Assembly (NCBI RefSeq): GCF_008000775.2
Contig: NZ_CP042905.2
Location: 1,320,001 to 1,352,000, forward strand
Direction of reading: 5' to 3'
Length of the DNA: 32,000 bases
Source: Promethearchaeum syntrophicum
Lineage (GTDB): Archaea > Asgardarchaeota > Lokiarchaeia > Sigyniarchaeales > Promethearchaeaceae
Shown: piece after piece, positions 24,544-32,000 of the stretch
Layout of the letters: each line of letters begins with the position of its first letter
Numbering within the stretch: the stretch's first letter is position 1
Made by a program: the position numbers and the translations under genes
The notes under the pieces: generated by a model
The model's input: only the letters and a program-made list of their open reading frames with translations
What the model was told of the DNA's origin: nothing
The model's database searches: none

Positions 24544-25326
24544 ATGATAGAGGATGTTTTTTCTAAAATGCTGAATAACAAACAAGAATTATATATTAAT
24601 TATTATTTTCATCCAGTAAGAAAACCAAGATGGATGTCTCATTTATATACGCTTTTCTTAGTAGTGTTATTCTTTGGTTTCAATCAAATCATCATAACCA
24701 TTTGGAAAATAAACAGTCCTATTTCAATGAATTCTATTTTTGATGGACCAAATTTCTTTCCAAAATTTAGAATCGAATTTTCCATAATATTAATGCTAAG
24801 TATCGTTTTTTTTTCCACTGAGATAGATTTTGTACATTATAAAAACCAAATTCTTCATTATACTTCCATTTACAAAGGATATCATCGTTTATCAAAAGAA
24901 GATGTTTTTGAGAATGAAAATCGACAAGAAATTATTAAAATAATTCTTAATAATCCTGGAATACATTATAATTTAATTTTAAAACAATCTAAGCTTCCAT
25001 CTGGGCAATTACAATGGCATTTGAATATTTTATCACAATATGGAGTAATTAAAAGAGAAAAAGTAGGACGTTATTTAGTTTTTTATCCTGTATTAAATGA
25101 TGAAAGTATAGAAAAAACCGAGAATATTTTTATAAGATCTCCGACAACTATGAAAATCTATAATATTATTCAAGATTCACCCGGAATTTGTTCAAGCACA
25201 ATCGCAAAAATGCTTAAACTCAAACGAAATTCTGTGAAATATCACATTGATAAATTATTAACAGAAGATTATATTGTAAGTGTTCAGAATGGGCGAAAAA
25301 ATCATTTGTATAAAATGGATTTGTAG
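24544..25326 (+). CDS. Membrane-anchored transcription-regulator-like protein with two winged-helix (ArsR-like) modules
   Basis: Two N-terminal hydrophobic helices. Then RQEIIKIILNNPGIHYNLILKQSKLPSGQLQWHLNILSQYGVI and MKIYNIIQDSPGICSSTIAKMLKLKRNSVKYHIDKLLTEDYIV. Confidence 0.6.
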   Translation: MIEDVFSKMLNNKQELYINYYFHPVRKPRWMSHLYTLFLVVLFFGFNQIIITIWKINSPISMNSIFDGPNFFPKFRIEFSIILMLSIVFFSTEIDFVHYKNQILHYTSIYKGYHRLSKEDVFENENRQEIIKIILNNPGIHYNLILKQSKLPSGQLQWHLNILSQYGVIKREKVGRYLVFYPVLNDESIEKTENIFIRSPTTMKIYNIIQDSPGICSSTIAKMLKLKRNSVKYHIDKLLTEDYIVSVQNGRKNHLYKMDL

Positions 25327-25342
25327 AAGAAGCAAATTCTCC

Positions 25343-25693
25343 CTATTTAACAGTTATAATTTTTCTTTCGGCTATATTCTGTGTATTTTTCACAATTTGA
25401 ATCTTTCCAAATCCTAAACGTATTCCTTTATAAGTAGTGAATATTATAAATCCTCCAATATATACAAAAATAAACCTTGTCCAAAATAAGCCAATAGCCA
25501 CCGCAGAGTAATTATAGAATTGAAAGAGAATGGGTTTATATAATCCCCCTTCTCCTCCTAAAGCATTCACGAAAGGATTCTCTGGCATATTGAATGTCAT
25601 GATTAATGTCAAGAATAAAACAATTACAATGATATGAATTGTTGCAATTGTCCTTCGAATTATATATCTAAGTAAGTTAATCTTTGATTTCAC
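25343..25693 (-). CDS. Small (116 aa) membrane protein resembling the N-terminal segment of OppB/DppB-type ABC permeases (possible gene remnant)
   Basis: LLRYIIRRTIATIHIIVIVLFLTLIMTFNMPENPF...GLYKPILFQFYNY resembles the OppB/DppB N-terminus (L+YI.RR...TM...PGDP...GLDKP...QY). It is roughly one third of the normal length. GTG start. No other Opp/Dpp genes nearby. Confidence 0.4.
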   Translation of the reverse strand: MKSKINLLRYIIRRTIATIHIIVIVLFLTLIMTFNMPENPFVNALGGEGGLYKPILFQFYNYSAVAIGLFWTRFIFVYIGGFIIFTTYKGIRLGFGKIQIVKNTQNIAERKIITVK

Positions 25694-25750
25694 CTAAGGT
25701 GTAAACAATAATTTAAGTATAAAAGGAATGAGGAATATATTTAGTACAAT

Positions 25751-25966
25751 TTATGTAATTTTTCTTGAAATACAATAAGAACACTTTAATTCAGAATGAG
25801 TACAATTTGGGCATGGAAATATAGTTCTACGCCCACAATTTGGGCATATAAATATTTGCGCAGGGTTTAACCTACAAATCGGGCAAATTATTCCTCCTGG
25901 TTTTAAAATCCTTAATGAAGCGTGAGAAATTGGTAGTTGATCATCAAAATTTTTTTTTTCAAACAT
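25751..25966 (-). CDS. Small (71 aa) double zinc-ribbon protein
   Basis: Four CxxC pairs: CPIC, CPNC, CPNC, CSYC. Confidence 0.55.
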   Translation of the reverse strand: MFEKKNFDDQLPISHASLRILKPGGIICPICRLNPAQIFICPNCGRRTIFPCPNCTHSELKCSYCISRKIT

Positions 25967-26020
25967 GATCCTCTAATATTTTTTAGTCAAAACTACCTAT
26001 TTATTCATTCTGAAATTCAA

Positions 26021-27148
26021 TTATTGCAAAAAAAAATAATCTTCAGGAGAAGTCCCCAAAGAAATTTGTAAGAAAGGATCTTTTTCATTTGGAATAACTA
26101 ATTCTAAGGTTCCATAAACATGAAATCGTTCTAGCAAGCGAACATTTTCAGTAAACCTTCCACGTAGACTAATAATTTGATATATATCTGTAATTTTTAG
26201 ATAATAATTTCGTAATAAATCGTTTGCTTCATGTATAAGATTATTCGAGTTTTGAATAGAAATATCCGCAATTTGAACACGAGAAGGAGTTGTCCACCAA
26301 AACTCATCATTAACAATTTCTCCAGATATGCCTATTCGACCCAGACTCTTAATTCTTCGAATTTCAAATTGATTTTCATTTTTATATTCTTCTCGATTAG
26401 AGAATTCCAGAAATCGAATGAAAAAATCGCGGTTCCTGAATTTGCCTTGATGTAATTTTCTTACTTCATATCGTAGGAAATTTTGAAATGATATACTGGA
26501 GCCTTTTGCACGAGATTTATACAAATCTCTATAATCTTCGATGGAATAAGCACATAAAGGGTGGTTTTCATCTTGATTTTGATAATTTTTCTTTATCAAA
26601 TTTCTAATCTTGATGCTATTTTCATAACCATATACAATTAGATCGATATCTGAATCTTTGTTTTGAAGTCCCACTAACAGAGATCCAGTTATTCCTATGT
26701 ATTCGAGCGAAACACCACTACTTTCTGATAGATATTGACATAAATCAAGCGCCTCCTTAAGGATTGAAGATGATGAGAAGATTTCTCCAGATTTAAGCAG
26801 GAGTTGAAGAAACATATTTGGTTGGTAATGTTCTCTGATTTCGCTGTTTGTGACTGCTTGCAATGGAAAATAATAATTAGGGTGCGAAAAGAAGTATTCT
26901 GGGTGGTTTTCTTGGATATATTGAAATTTTTCATTAAGTGGAAAAATTTTTTTATAATATTCTAAGGAACATTTTGAATGGTTGAGTCTGTTCCTTCCTT
27001 TAATATCTAAAGAAGATGATTTACTTGTTGGAGCATAACGTATAAATGCGATTGTTTGATCTCGAGGTTGATGAAACCCCTTTATTTCGAAGATATAACC
27101 GCTTTTACTTTCAATAAAATCTCCTTCGATTGAGTAGTTCGGTGTCAT
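26021..27148 (-). CDS. Pol-beta-superfamily nucleotidyltransferase (archaeal COG1665-like)
   Basis: GITGSLLVGLQNKDSDIDLIVYG (G-S...D-x-D NTase signature) in mid-protein. N-terminal IEGDFIESKSGYIFEIKGFHQP...IAFIRY resembles conserved archaeal predicted NTases. Confidence 0.55.
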   Translation of the reverse strand: MTPNYSIEGDFIESKSGYIFEIKGFHQPRDQTIAFIRYAPTSKSSSLDIKGRNRLNHSKCSLEYYKKIFPLNEKFQYIQENHPEYFFSHPNYYFPLQAVTNSEIREHYQPNMFLQLLLKSGEIFSSSSILKEALDLCQYLSESSGVSLEYIGITGSLLVGLQNKDSDIDLIVYGYENSIKIRNLIKKNYQNQDENHPLCAYSIEDYRDLYKSRAKGSSISFQNFLRYEVRKLHQGKFRNRDFFIRFLEFSNREEYKNENQFEIRRIKSLGRIGISGEIVNDEFWWTTPSRVQIADISIQNSNNLIHEANDLLRNYYLKITDIYQIISLRGRFTENVRLLERFHVYGTLELVIPNEKDPFLQISLGTSPEDYFFLQ

Positions 27149-27166
27149 TTATGGTAATTCATCCTA

Positions 27167-27757
27167 TTATTCAAAATTCTCTTTGGCTTTTGCCAAGATA
27201 CGGTTGAAAGTTTCAATTATTCCTTTCTTTTTTACCTTCATTTTAAGCCAAGCCATATTAATCGATTTTGCCGATTGATATATATTTACAAAATCACGAA
27301 CATCATTAAAATCTAATAATTCATCATCAGACAAATCTTTGATATCACCTAAGTAAAGAATTTTTCCATACAAAATTTGTTCAATAGATGCAATCGGAAA
27401 GTGTAGATCTTGAAAATTCCATGTTTCAGAATCTTTTATTACTTCAATTTCATCAGAATTTTTCGCTATCTTAAGGTCAATTCTTATGATTGAGTCTTTT
27501 ATAAAAATTGAAGTATTAAATCCTTCATCAATTGCCAATTTTAGTTGAGATTCCATAACTTCGAAATCTTGAGCTTTGAAGGCTTTTATTAATTTTTCAT
27601 GTAAATTTGGTTCATTTTCGATAATAACATCAATATCTGAAGTATTCCGAGGACTACCTCGTAAAATCGCAGCTAGACCTCCTACAATTACATATTTAAC
27701 GTCTGCATCTGTGAGGGCAGTTATTGCTTTTCGAAAAGTAATTTCAAGTTCTGCCAT
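27167..27757 (-). CDS. Minimal Pol-beta-fold nucleotidyltransferase (196 aa)
   Basis: VKYVIVGGLAAILRGSPRNTSDIDVII (G-G...S...D-I-D) near the N-terminus. Starts 14 nt inside the upstream 88-aa ORF. Confidence 0.6.
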   Translation of the reverse strand: MAELEITFRKAITALTDADVKYVIVGGLAAILRGSPRNTSDIDVIIENEPNLHEKLIKAFKAQDFEVMESQLKLAIDEGFNTSIFIKDSIIRIDLKIAKNSDEIEVIKDSETWNFQDLHFPIASIEQILYGKILYLGDIKDLSDDELLDFNDVRDFVNIYQSAKSINMAWLKMKVKKKGIIETFNRILAKAKENFE

Positions 27758-28010
27758 TGAAGGATACTCCTCTTCTCTTATGCATTTTACTATATAACAA
27801 TACTAATCTTCTCATTTCTGTTAAAATTTCTTCTGATGTCCACTCTGGGTGTCGTTTATGGATTCCCTCTTTCAGCATTATAATCGTATATTGAGTCATC
27901 TGGTCTGCAATATCAAGAGGATGCCACCCTTTTTCAATAAGATATTTTATGTGGTTTTTATCTTGTCTATATTTTTCCCTGAATCTTCGATGACGAATAT
28001 GAGAAGTCAT
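27744..28010 (-). CDS. Small basic (88 aa) protein, possible helix-turn-helix; overlaps the start of the downstream NTase gene
   Basis: ATG start. HIKYLIEKGWHPLDIADQMTQYTIIMLKEG reads as helix-turn-helix. 14-nt overlap with 27167..27757. No family recognised. Confidence 0.45.
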   Translation of the reverse strand: MTSHIRHRRFREKYRQDKNHIKYLIEKGWHPLDIADQMTQYTIIMLKEGIHKRHPEWTSEEILTEMRRLVLLYSKMHKRRGVSFNGRT

Positions 28011-28251
28011 TACAATTTATTATATGAAATGTGATAAATTAAATCTTATTAGTAAGAAGGTTTAATAGAACTTCAATTGGTAATTTTCAATATTTTTCAT
28101 GGTGAAGTAAATATTTAAGAATGAGCAAACTTATTTGTAAAATTTGGCTGTTTTTACTTTCACCAAAATCCCCTTCGATTGAGAATTTCACTATTTATCA
28201 ATGAAAAAGTATTCAAAAAAGTTTTTTTCAAAAAAGTTCTTTTTGATAAAT

Positions 28252-28806
28252 ATGAATATTGATTTCAAGGATTTTTTACGAAAATATTTAATTTCCATCG
28301 GAGAAGACCCTAATAGGGAAGGATTACTAGATACTCCGCAAAGGGTTGAAGATGCATATAAATTCTTATTTAAAGGATATAATCAAAATGTGGAAGAAGT
28401 AATAAATGGGGCACTTTTTAAGTCTGAAGCATCGGAAATGATTATTGTGAAAAATATTGAATTATATTCTATGTGTGAACACCACATTCTTCCATTTTTT
28501 GGTAAATGCCATATTGGGTATGTTCCGGAGGAACAATTCATTGGTTTATCAAAAATTGCAAGGATAGTTGATATATTTGCTCGGCGATTACAAATTCAAG
28601 AACGATTAACCAAAGAGATCGGTGAAACCATTATGAAATATACCAATGCTAAAGGTGTGGGTGTTGTTATTGAAGCGCAGCATTTATGTATGATGATGCG
28701 TGGAGTTGAGAAGCAAAATTCTGTAATGACAACATCTTATAATAATGGTGTTTTTAGAAAGGATCCCCGTACTCGTGCAGAATTTATGAGTTTGATTGAT
28801 AAATAA
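28252..28806 (+). CDS. folE: GTP cyclohydrolase I (FolE, type IA)
   Basis: [61 protein letters not shown]. The ATG at 28252 gives a length like bacterial FolE. The track start at 28201 adds a low-complexity [13 protein letters not shown] leader. Confidence 0.9.
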   Translation: MNIDFKDFLRKYLISIGEDPNREGLLDTPQRVEDAYKFLFKGYNQNVEEVINGALFKSEASEMIIVKNIELYSMCEHHILPFFGKCHIGYVPEEQFIGLSKIARIVDIFARRLQIQERLTKEIGETIMKYTNAKGVGVVIEAQHLCMMMRGVEKQNSVMTTSYNNGVFRKDPRTRAEFMSLIDK

Positions 28807-28847
28807 TGTACATTATTGTAGGATAGGGGGCAATCAACTTCAATTCT

Positions 28848-29648
28848 TCATAATTTTGTTTTCTTCTGAAATAACTTAATGCCAATAAATATAAATGAGA
28901 CTGTTAACGCGATTAAAATAAGGATTCCTCCCCAAATTGGAATAGTTGTTTCCGTAGCTGTATACCCAATCAGTGAACTACTGTAAAGATTGCTAGTTAA
29001 TCCATCACCTAAGACAGTAAATTGTAAATAAATTTGCTTTGCCCAATAAGGAGGCATAAAATAAACAATAGGGCTTTCAAAAGGAACCATTGCGCCAGAA
29101 GCAAAAATTACGGGCATTATAAATGTTAATGCGATTCCATCTGCCACTTCAGCGTTTTTTGAGAAACTAGCAATAATAATTCCAATTCCTACAGATAATA
29201 TTCCAAATAGTAATGATACGAAAAATCCAATTATGAGTTCAATAAAACCTACAAAATATTGACCTAAAATTCCATAACCCAGAATAAACATCACTAAAAT
29301 TTGAGCAGTTAGAAATGCACTTTCTGAAATGAGAGTCCCAAGGAAAATATTTTTCCTTCCAGTTGGCATTGTATCAAGTCTTTCCAAAATACCTGTTGAT
29401 TTATCTTTTGTAAAAACGATAGCAGCACTAGTTGTTCCCATGCTTGCAGCATATGTAATCATGCCAGGGATTGAATAACTATAAATATCAATTCCGGTTT
29501 CTGGATTTATTTCATGAAACATAAAGTAGAAAATAATAGTAAACATGATCGGAAATCCCATACCGAAAAAAATTGATTGCCAGGTTCGAAATTTTTCTTT
29601 TGTATTTTTAATTGCGATAACTATTGATTTTTGTTCTAATAACTTCAT
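28848..29648 (-). CDS. ABC-2 type transporter permease
   Basis: Six-TM pattern. Its ATG immediately follows the stop of the ATPase gene (TAAATG junction at 29646-29651). Confidence 0.75.
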   Translation of the reverse strand: MKLLEQKSIVIAIKNTKEKFRTWQSIFFGMGFPIMFTIIFYFMFHEINPETGIDIYSYSIPGMITYAASMGTTSAAIVFTKDKSTGILERLDTMPTGRKNIFLGTLISESAFLTAQILVMFILGYGILGQYFVGFIELIIGFFVSLLFGILSVGIGIIIASFSKNAEVADGIALTFIMPVIFASGAMVPFESPIVYFMPPYWAKQIYLQFTVLGDGLTSNLYSSSLIGYTATETTIPIWGGILILIALTVSFIFIGIKLFQKKTKL

Positions 29649-30593
29649 TTAATCTCGCAGCCTCCTTCCAGTTAAATTTAGAAAAACATCTTCCAAAGAA
29701 TTTTGCCGAAATTTCATGTTTTCAACTTCAATTATTTTCTCACTCATTTTTTGTAAGATTTTTAAATAATTCTTCATCCCTCCTTTAAATAGGATTAACA
29801 ATGTTTTTTCTCCAAAATCTCTCCAGTTTTGCACAAAGGAAAGACCATCCAGTTGATTCTTCATTATTGAAACATCTTCTTTTTTAAAAAAAATGATTTC
29901 TAAAACGTTTTCTCCACCATGTTCATCTTTTAACTCAGCAGGTTTTCCAGTAGCAATAATTTCTCCATTATCAATAATTGCAATGTGATCACTTAATGCA
30001 TCCGCTTCCAACATATCGTGAGTTAAGAGTATGATTGTATTTCCTTTTCCTTTTAATTCTCGAATAAAATCCCATACTATCCGTCTTGCTTGTGGATCTA
30101 AACCTGCTGTAGGTTCATCAAGAATAAGAATTTTCGGTTCATGAATTATACTCATAGCGAGGTTCAATCTTTTTTTCATACCCCCGCTAAATTTTTTAGC
30201 CCATCTTTTCTTTCCTGCAATACCTAATTTTTGAAGTAATGCATTAGTTCTTTGTTGTGATTCTTTTAATGGAATTCCATGCATTTGAGCTACAAAAATG
30301 ACATTTTCTTCAGCAGTTAATTCATTATAAAAAATATTATCTTGTGGACAGACTCCAATTAATTTAACGATCTCATTTTTTTGAGTTTTAATTGAAAAAT
30401 TATTTAATTTTGCATCACCAGATGATGGAGTCAAGGTTGTAGTAAGCATTCGAATTAAAGTGGTTTTTCCTGCACCATTTGGTCCTAAAAGTCCAAATAA
30501 TTCTCCTTCTTCTACATTCAAAGTGAGATTATTTACCGCTTTCACATCTTTAAAATTTTTACTAATATTTTTAATTTCGATACAATTTGAAAT
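29649..30593 (-). CDS. ABC transporter ATP-binding protein (DrrA/ABC-2 type); 5' end uncertain (the track uses GTG at 30545)
   Basis: GPNGAGKTT (Walker A), LSGGMKKRL (signature), ILILDEPTAGLD (Walker B), LTHDM (H-loop). Upstream in-frame codons encode SNCIEIKNISKNFKD, the usual first beta-strand of ABC ATPases. Confidence 0.88.
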   Translation of the reverse strand: MSNCIEIKNISKNFKDVKAVNNLTLNVEEGELFGLLGPNGAGKTTLIRMLTTTLTPSSGDAKLNNFSIKTQKNEIVKLIGVCPQDNIFYNELTAEENVIFVAQMHGIPLKESQQRTNALLQKLGIAGKKRWAKKFSGGMKKRLNLAMSIIHEPKILILDEPTAGLDPQARRIVWDFIRELKGKGNTIILLTHDMLEADALSDHIAIIDNGEIIATGKPAELKDEHGGENVLEIIFFKKEDVSIMKNQLDGLSFVQNWRDFGEKTLLILFKGGMKNYLKILQKMSEKIIEVENMKFRQNSLEDVFLNLTGRRLRD

Positions 30594-30771
30594 TTAAATT
30601 TACACCCCTATATCCTAATATTCCTTTGTTGGATATCTAATTCAACTCTCATTTTAATTTTTTATTAATTTTTATGATGCCATGTACTATCATGTGTTAT
30701 TTAATTTCCTAAATTGTTAATTTAAGGATTATTTATGAAATCATGAAAAAAATTTATATATTGAAAAATTA

Positions 30772-31539
30772 TCAATTGTAATTTTTTAGCCAATTAATTG
30801 AATTTTCAATAAAAAGATCAAGGTGATCATCCTTAAAGTCATGACCTGCTCCCAAAATTTTTACAAATTTATAATCTTCAGTTTGGGGAAAATATTGAAA
30901 AGCTTCAAAGTTCCAATCATAAAGTATTCTTTCATCTTTATCCCCTTGGATTAATAAACTTGGGGTTAAATAATTCGCTAAAGCTCCTTCAACATCGAAA
31001 TTTCTTCCTTCTTTCAAAAAATCATATTGAATCATTAGGGGTTCATTATTTAGTGAAGGCATCAATCGAGGTTTGTTTGAAAATTTCGATATTAAAAAAG
31101 CCATAATAAAATGAAATTTCTTAACGTGTCGTGTAAAATAAAAAGCGGGTGCCCAAAAAATGGTTGCTCTTATGTTATCCAGATTTGCAGCTAAAGTGGT
31201 TAATCCTCCAAAACTTAAGCCCAATACGTTTATCTTATTATATCCTTTAGATTTTACCCATTCATGAACATCTTTTAAATCTTGAACTTGCTTTGACAGT
31301 GTTATTGGTTCGCGAGGATTTTTTCCCGATCCAGAAAAATCGAAGGTCACAGCGTCAAATCCTGCTTTGTTGAAATTCAGCGCGGTTTTTGTAAATCGCC
31401 CCCATTCTGTTTGATCTCCACCGAAACCATGACATATGATTACAACAACTGTTTTTTCATATGGTTGACCCGTTTCAAAATGAAGTCCATTTAAATTTCC
31501 CTTTGTGCTTCTGGGGATACTAATAATTTTTTGAGACAT
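30772..31539 (-). CDS. Alpha/beta hydrolase (dienelactone-hydrolase/esterase-like)
   Basis: ICHGFGGD, nucleophile elbow GLSFGG (G-x-S-x-G), QGDKDE, GAGHDF (Ser-Asp-His order). Confidence 0.75.
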   Translation of the reverse strand: MSQKIISIPRSTKGNLNGLHFETGQPYEKTVVVIICHGFGGDQTEWGRFTKTALNFNKAGFDAVTFDFSGSGKNPREPITLSKQVQDLKDVHEWVKSKGYNKINVLGLSFGGLTTLAANLDNIRATIFWAPAFYFTRHVKKFHFIMAFLISKFSNKPRLMPSLNNEPLMIQYDFLKEGRNFDVEGALANYLTPSLLIQGDKDERILYDWNFEAFQYFPQTEDYKFVKILGAGHDFKDDHLDLFIENSINWLKNYN

Positions 31540-31583
31540 TAATTCTAATTGTAGATTTCTTATCTTAAATCTTTAGAAGACTT

Positions 31584-32000
31584 TTAAGATTGTATGTAAG
31601 ACATCCCTAATTTTAGGGCTAATTCAGCTTTTATTAGTTCTTTTCCTAAATATGCTGCATGATCAAGCTTTGACACTAAATTGGATTTAATTATCATTTT
31701 ATAAAGAGATTCAGCGTTATCACCTACAAGAGTTAGAGTGGCATCTTTAAAATTTACAGAATTATTAAAATGTGTGATCATGATTTGTTTCTTTTTCTCA
31801 TCTATGTAAATCTTAAAATATCCTTTAGGATCCATAATAGCTGGTTGGTCAATAAAATCAATTTGTTTAATAGGTTCATTAAATGAAATATACTTGGGAA
31901 AATCTTGTTTTGACTTAAATTGGAACGCAGTAATTCCTAAATTCAAAGGAGGCACATGCAATTGATTTGCATAATAAGCTAATTTTATGCTTTCGCTCAA
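31584..32000 (-). CDS. Partial CDS (5' end outside the window): DUF4346-like domain protein
   Basis: MDPKGYFKIYID and DHAAYLGKELIKAELALKLG match my recollection of the two DUF4346 motifs (DPxGYF, HAxYLGxEL.KAE). The ORF runs to the window edge, so the M in the track is an artefact. Confidence 0.45.
   Translation of the reverse strand: MSESIKLAYYANQLHVPPLNLGITAFQFKSKQDFPKYISFNEPIKQIDFIDQPAIMDPKGYFKIYIDEKKKQIMITHFNNSVNFKDATLTLVGDNAESLYKMIIKSNLVSKLDHAAYLGKELIKAELALKLGMSYIQS

Noticed and set aside
27744-28010. Possible HEPN R-x4-H motif (RQDKNH) in the 88-aa protein, which would make an MNT/HEPN toxin-antitoxin pair
   Set aside because: The motif is near the N-terminus of a protein too short for a HEPN four-helix bundle. 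Gene order and size are also opposite to classical MNT-HEPN modules. I kept only the weaker TA-like hypothesis.
26231-28034. ORFs 26231-26455(+), 26695-26934(-, other frame), 27576-27797(+) and 27849-28034(+)
   Set aside because: They overlap the NTase and small-protein genes on the opposite strand or in another frame, with no motifs. The NTase frames carry the GS/DxD signatures.
1-32000. Search for CRISPR arrays, IS elements/transposases, integrases, prophage genes and rRNA
   Set aside because: I saw no regularly spaced direct repeats, no DDE or tyrosine-recombinase-like ORFs, and no rRNA-like GC-rich stretches. The only large repeat is the serpin triplication.

Overview
AT-rich (about 30% GC by eye), gene-dense archaeal chromosomal window. 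All calls come from reading the ORF translations and DNA by eye; no database search was possible, so family names are motif-level recognitions. The archaeal origin rests on three anchors. The first is the stalk ribosomal operon rpl11-rpl1-rplP0-rpl12 (19.5-22.0 kb), whose P0 and P1 end in the archaeal/eukaryotic GLGxLFG tail. The second is a type-2 methionine aminopeptidase. The third is a PHP-domain endonuclease Q homolog. Lineage cannot be fixed from sequence alone; an AT-rich Asgard/Lokiarchaeia-like or similar uncultured archaeon is plausible but unproven. Other recognisable genes are a PhzF-like isomerase, FolE, an ABC-2 exporter pair, an EamA transporter, an ICMT/PEMT-like methyltransferase overlapping an NTP-transferase, a divergent type-2 IDI-like FMN barrel, a solitary gamma-class N6-adenine DNA methyltransferase, an alpha/beta hydrolase and tRNA-Arg(CCT). 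The leads I rate highest: (1) A tight co-directional cassette at 0.1-5.5 kb combines a 705-aa repeat/helical protein, an enlarged YbdK/GCS2-type carboxylate-amine ligase and an Amidohydro_2-type hydrolase. It is a candidate uncharacterised ligase/hydrolase system. (2) A tandem triplication of N-terminally membrane-anchored, inhibitory-type serpins at 8.2-12.1 kb. Each copy has a conserved TATA box implying leaderless mRNA, and two copies share a roughly 380-bp near-identical 3' block that includes the reactive-centre loop. (3) Two conserved genes, rpl1 and the ABC ATPase, have family-typical N-termini lying upstream of any in-frame ATG/GTG/TTG. This suggests near-cognate (ATT/ACG) initiation. 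(4) A minus-strand string carries two Pol-beta-fold nucleotidyltransferases with small HTH-like and zinc-ribbon partners. (5) A coiled-coil protein has a longin/roadblock-like N-terminal pattern. I saw no CRISPR array, transposase, integrase or rRNA.
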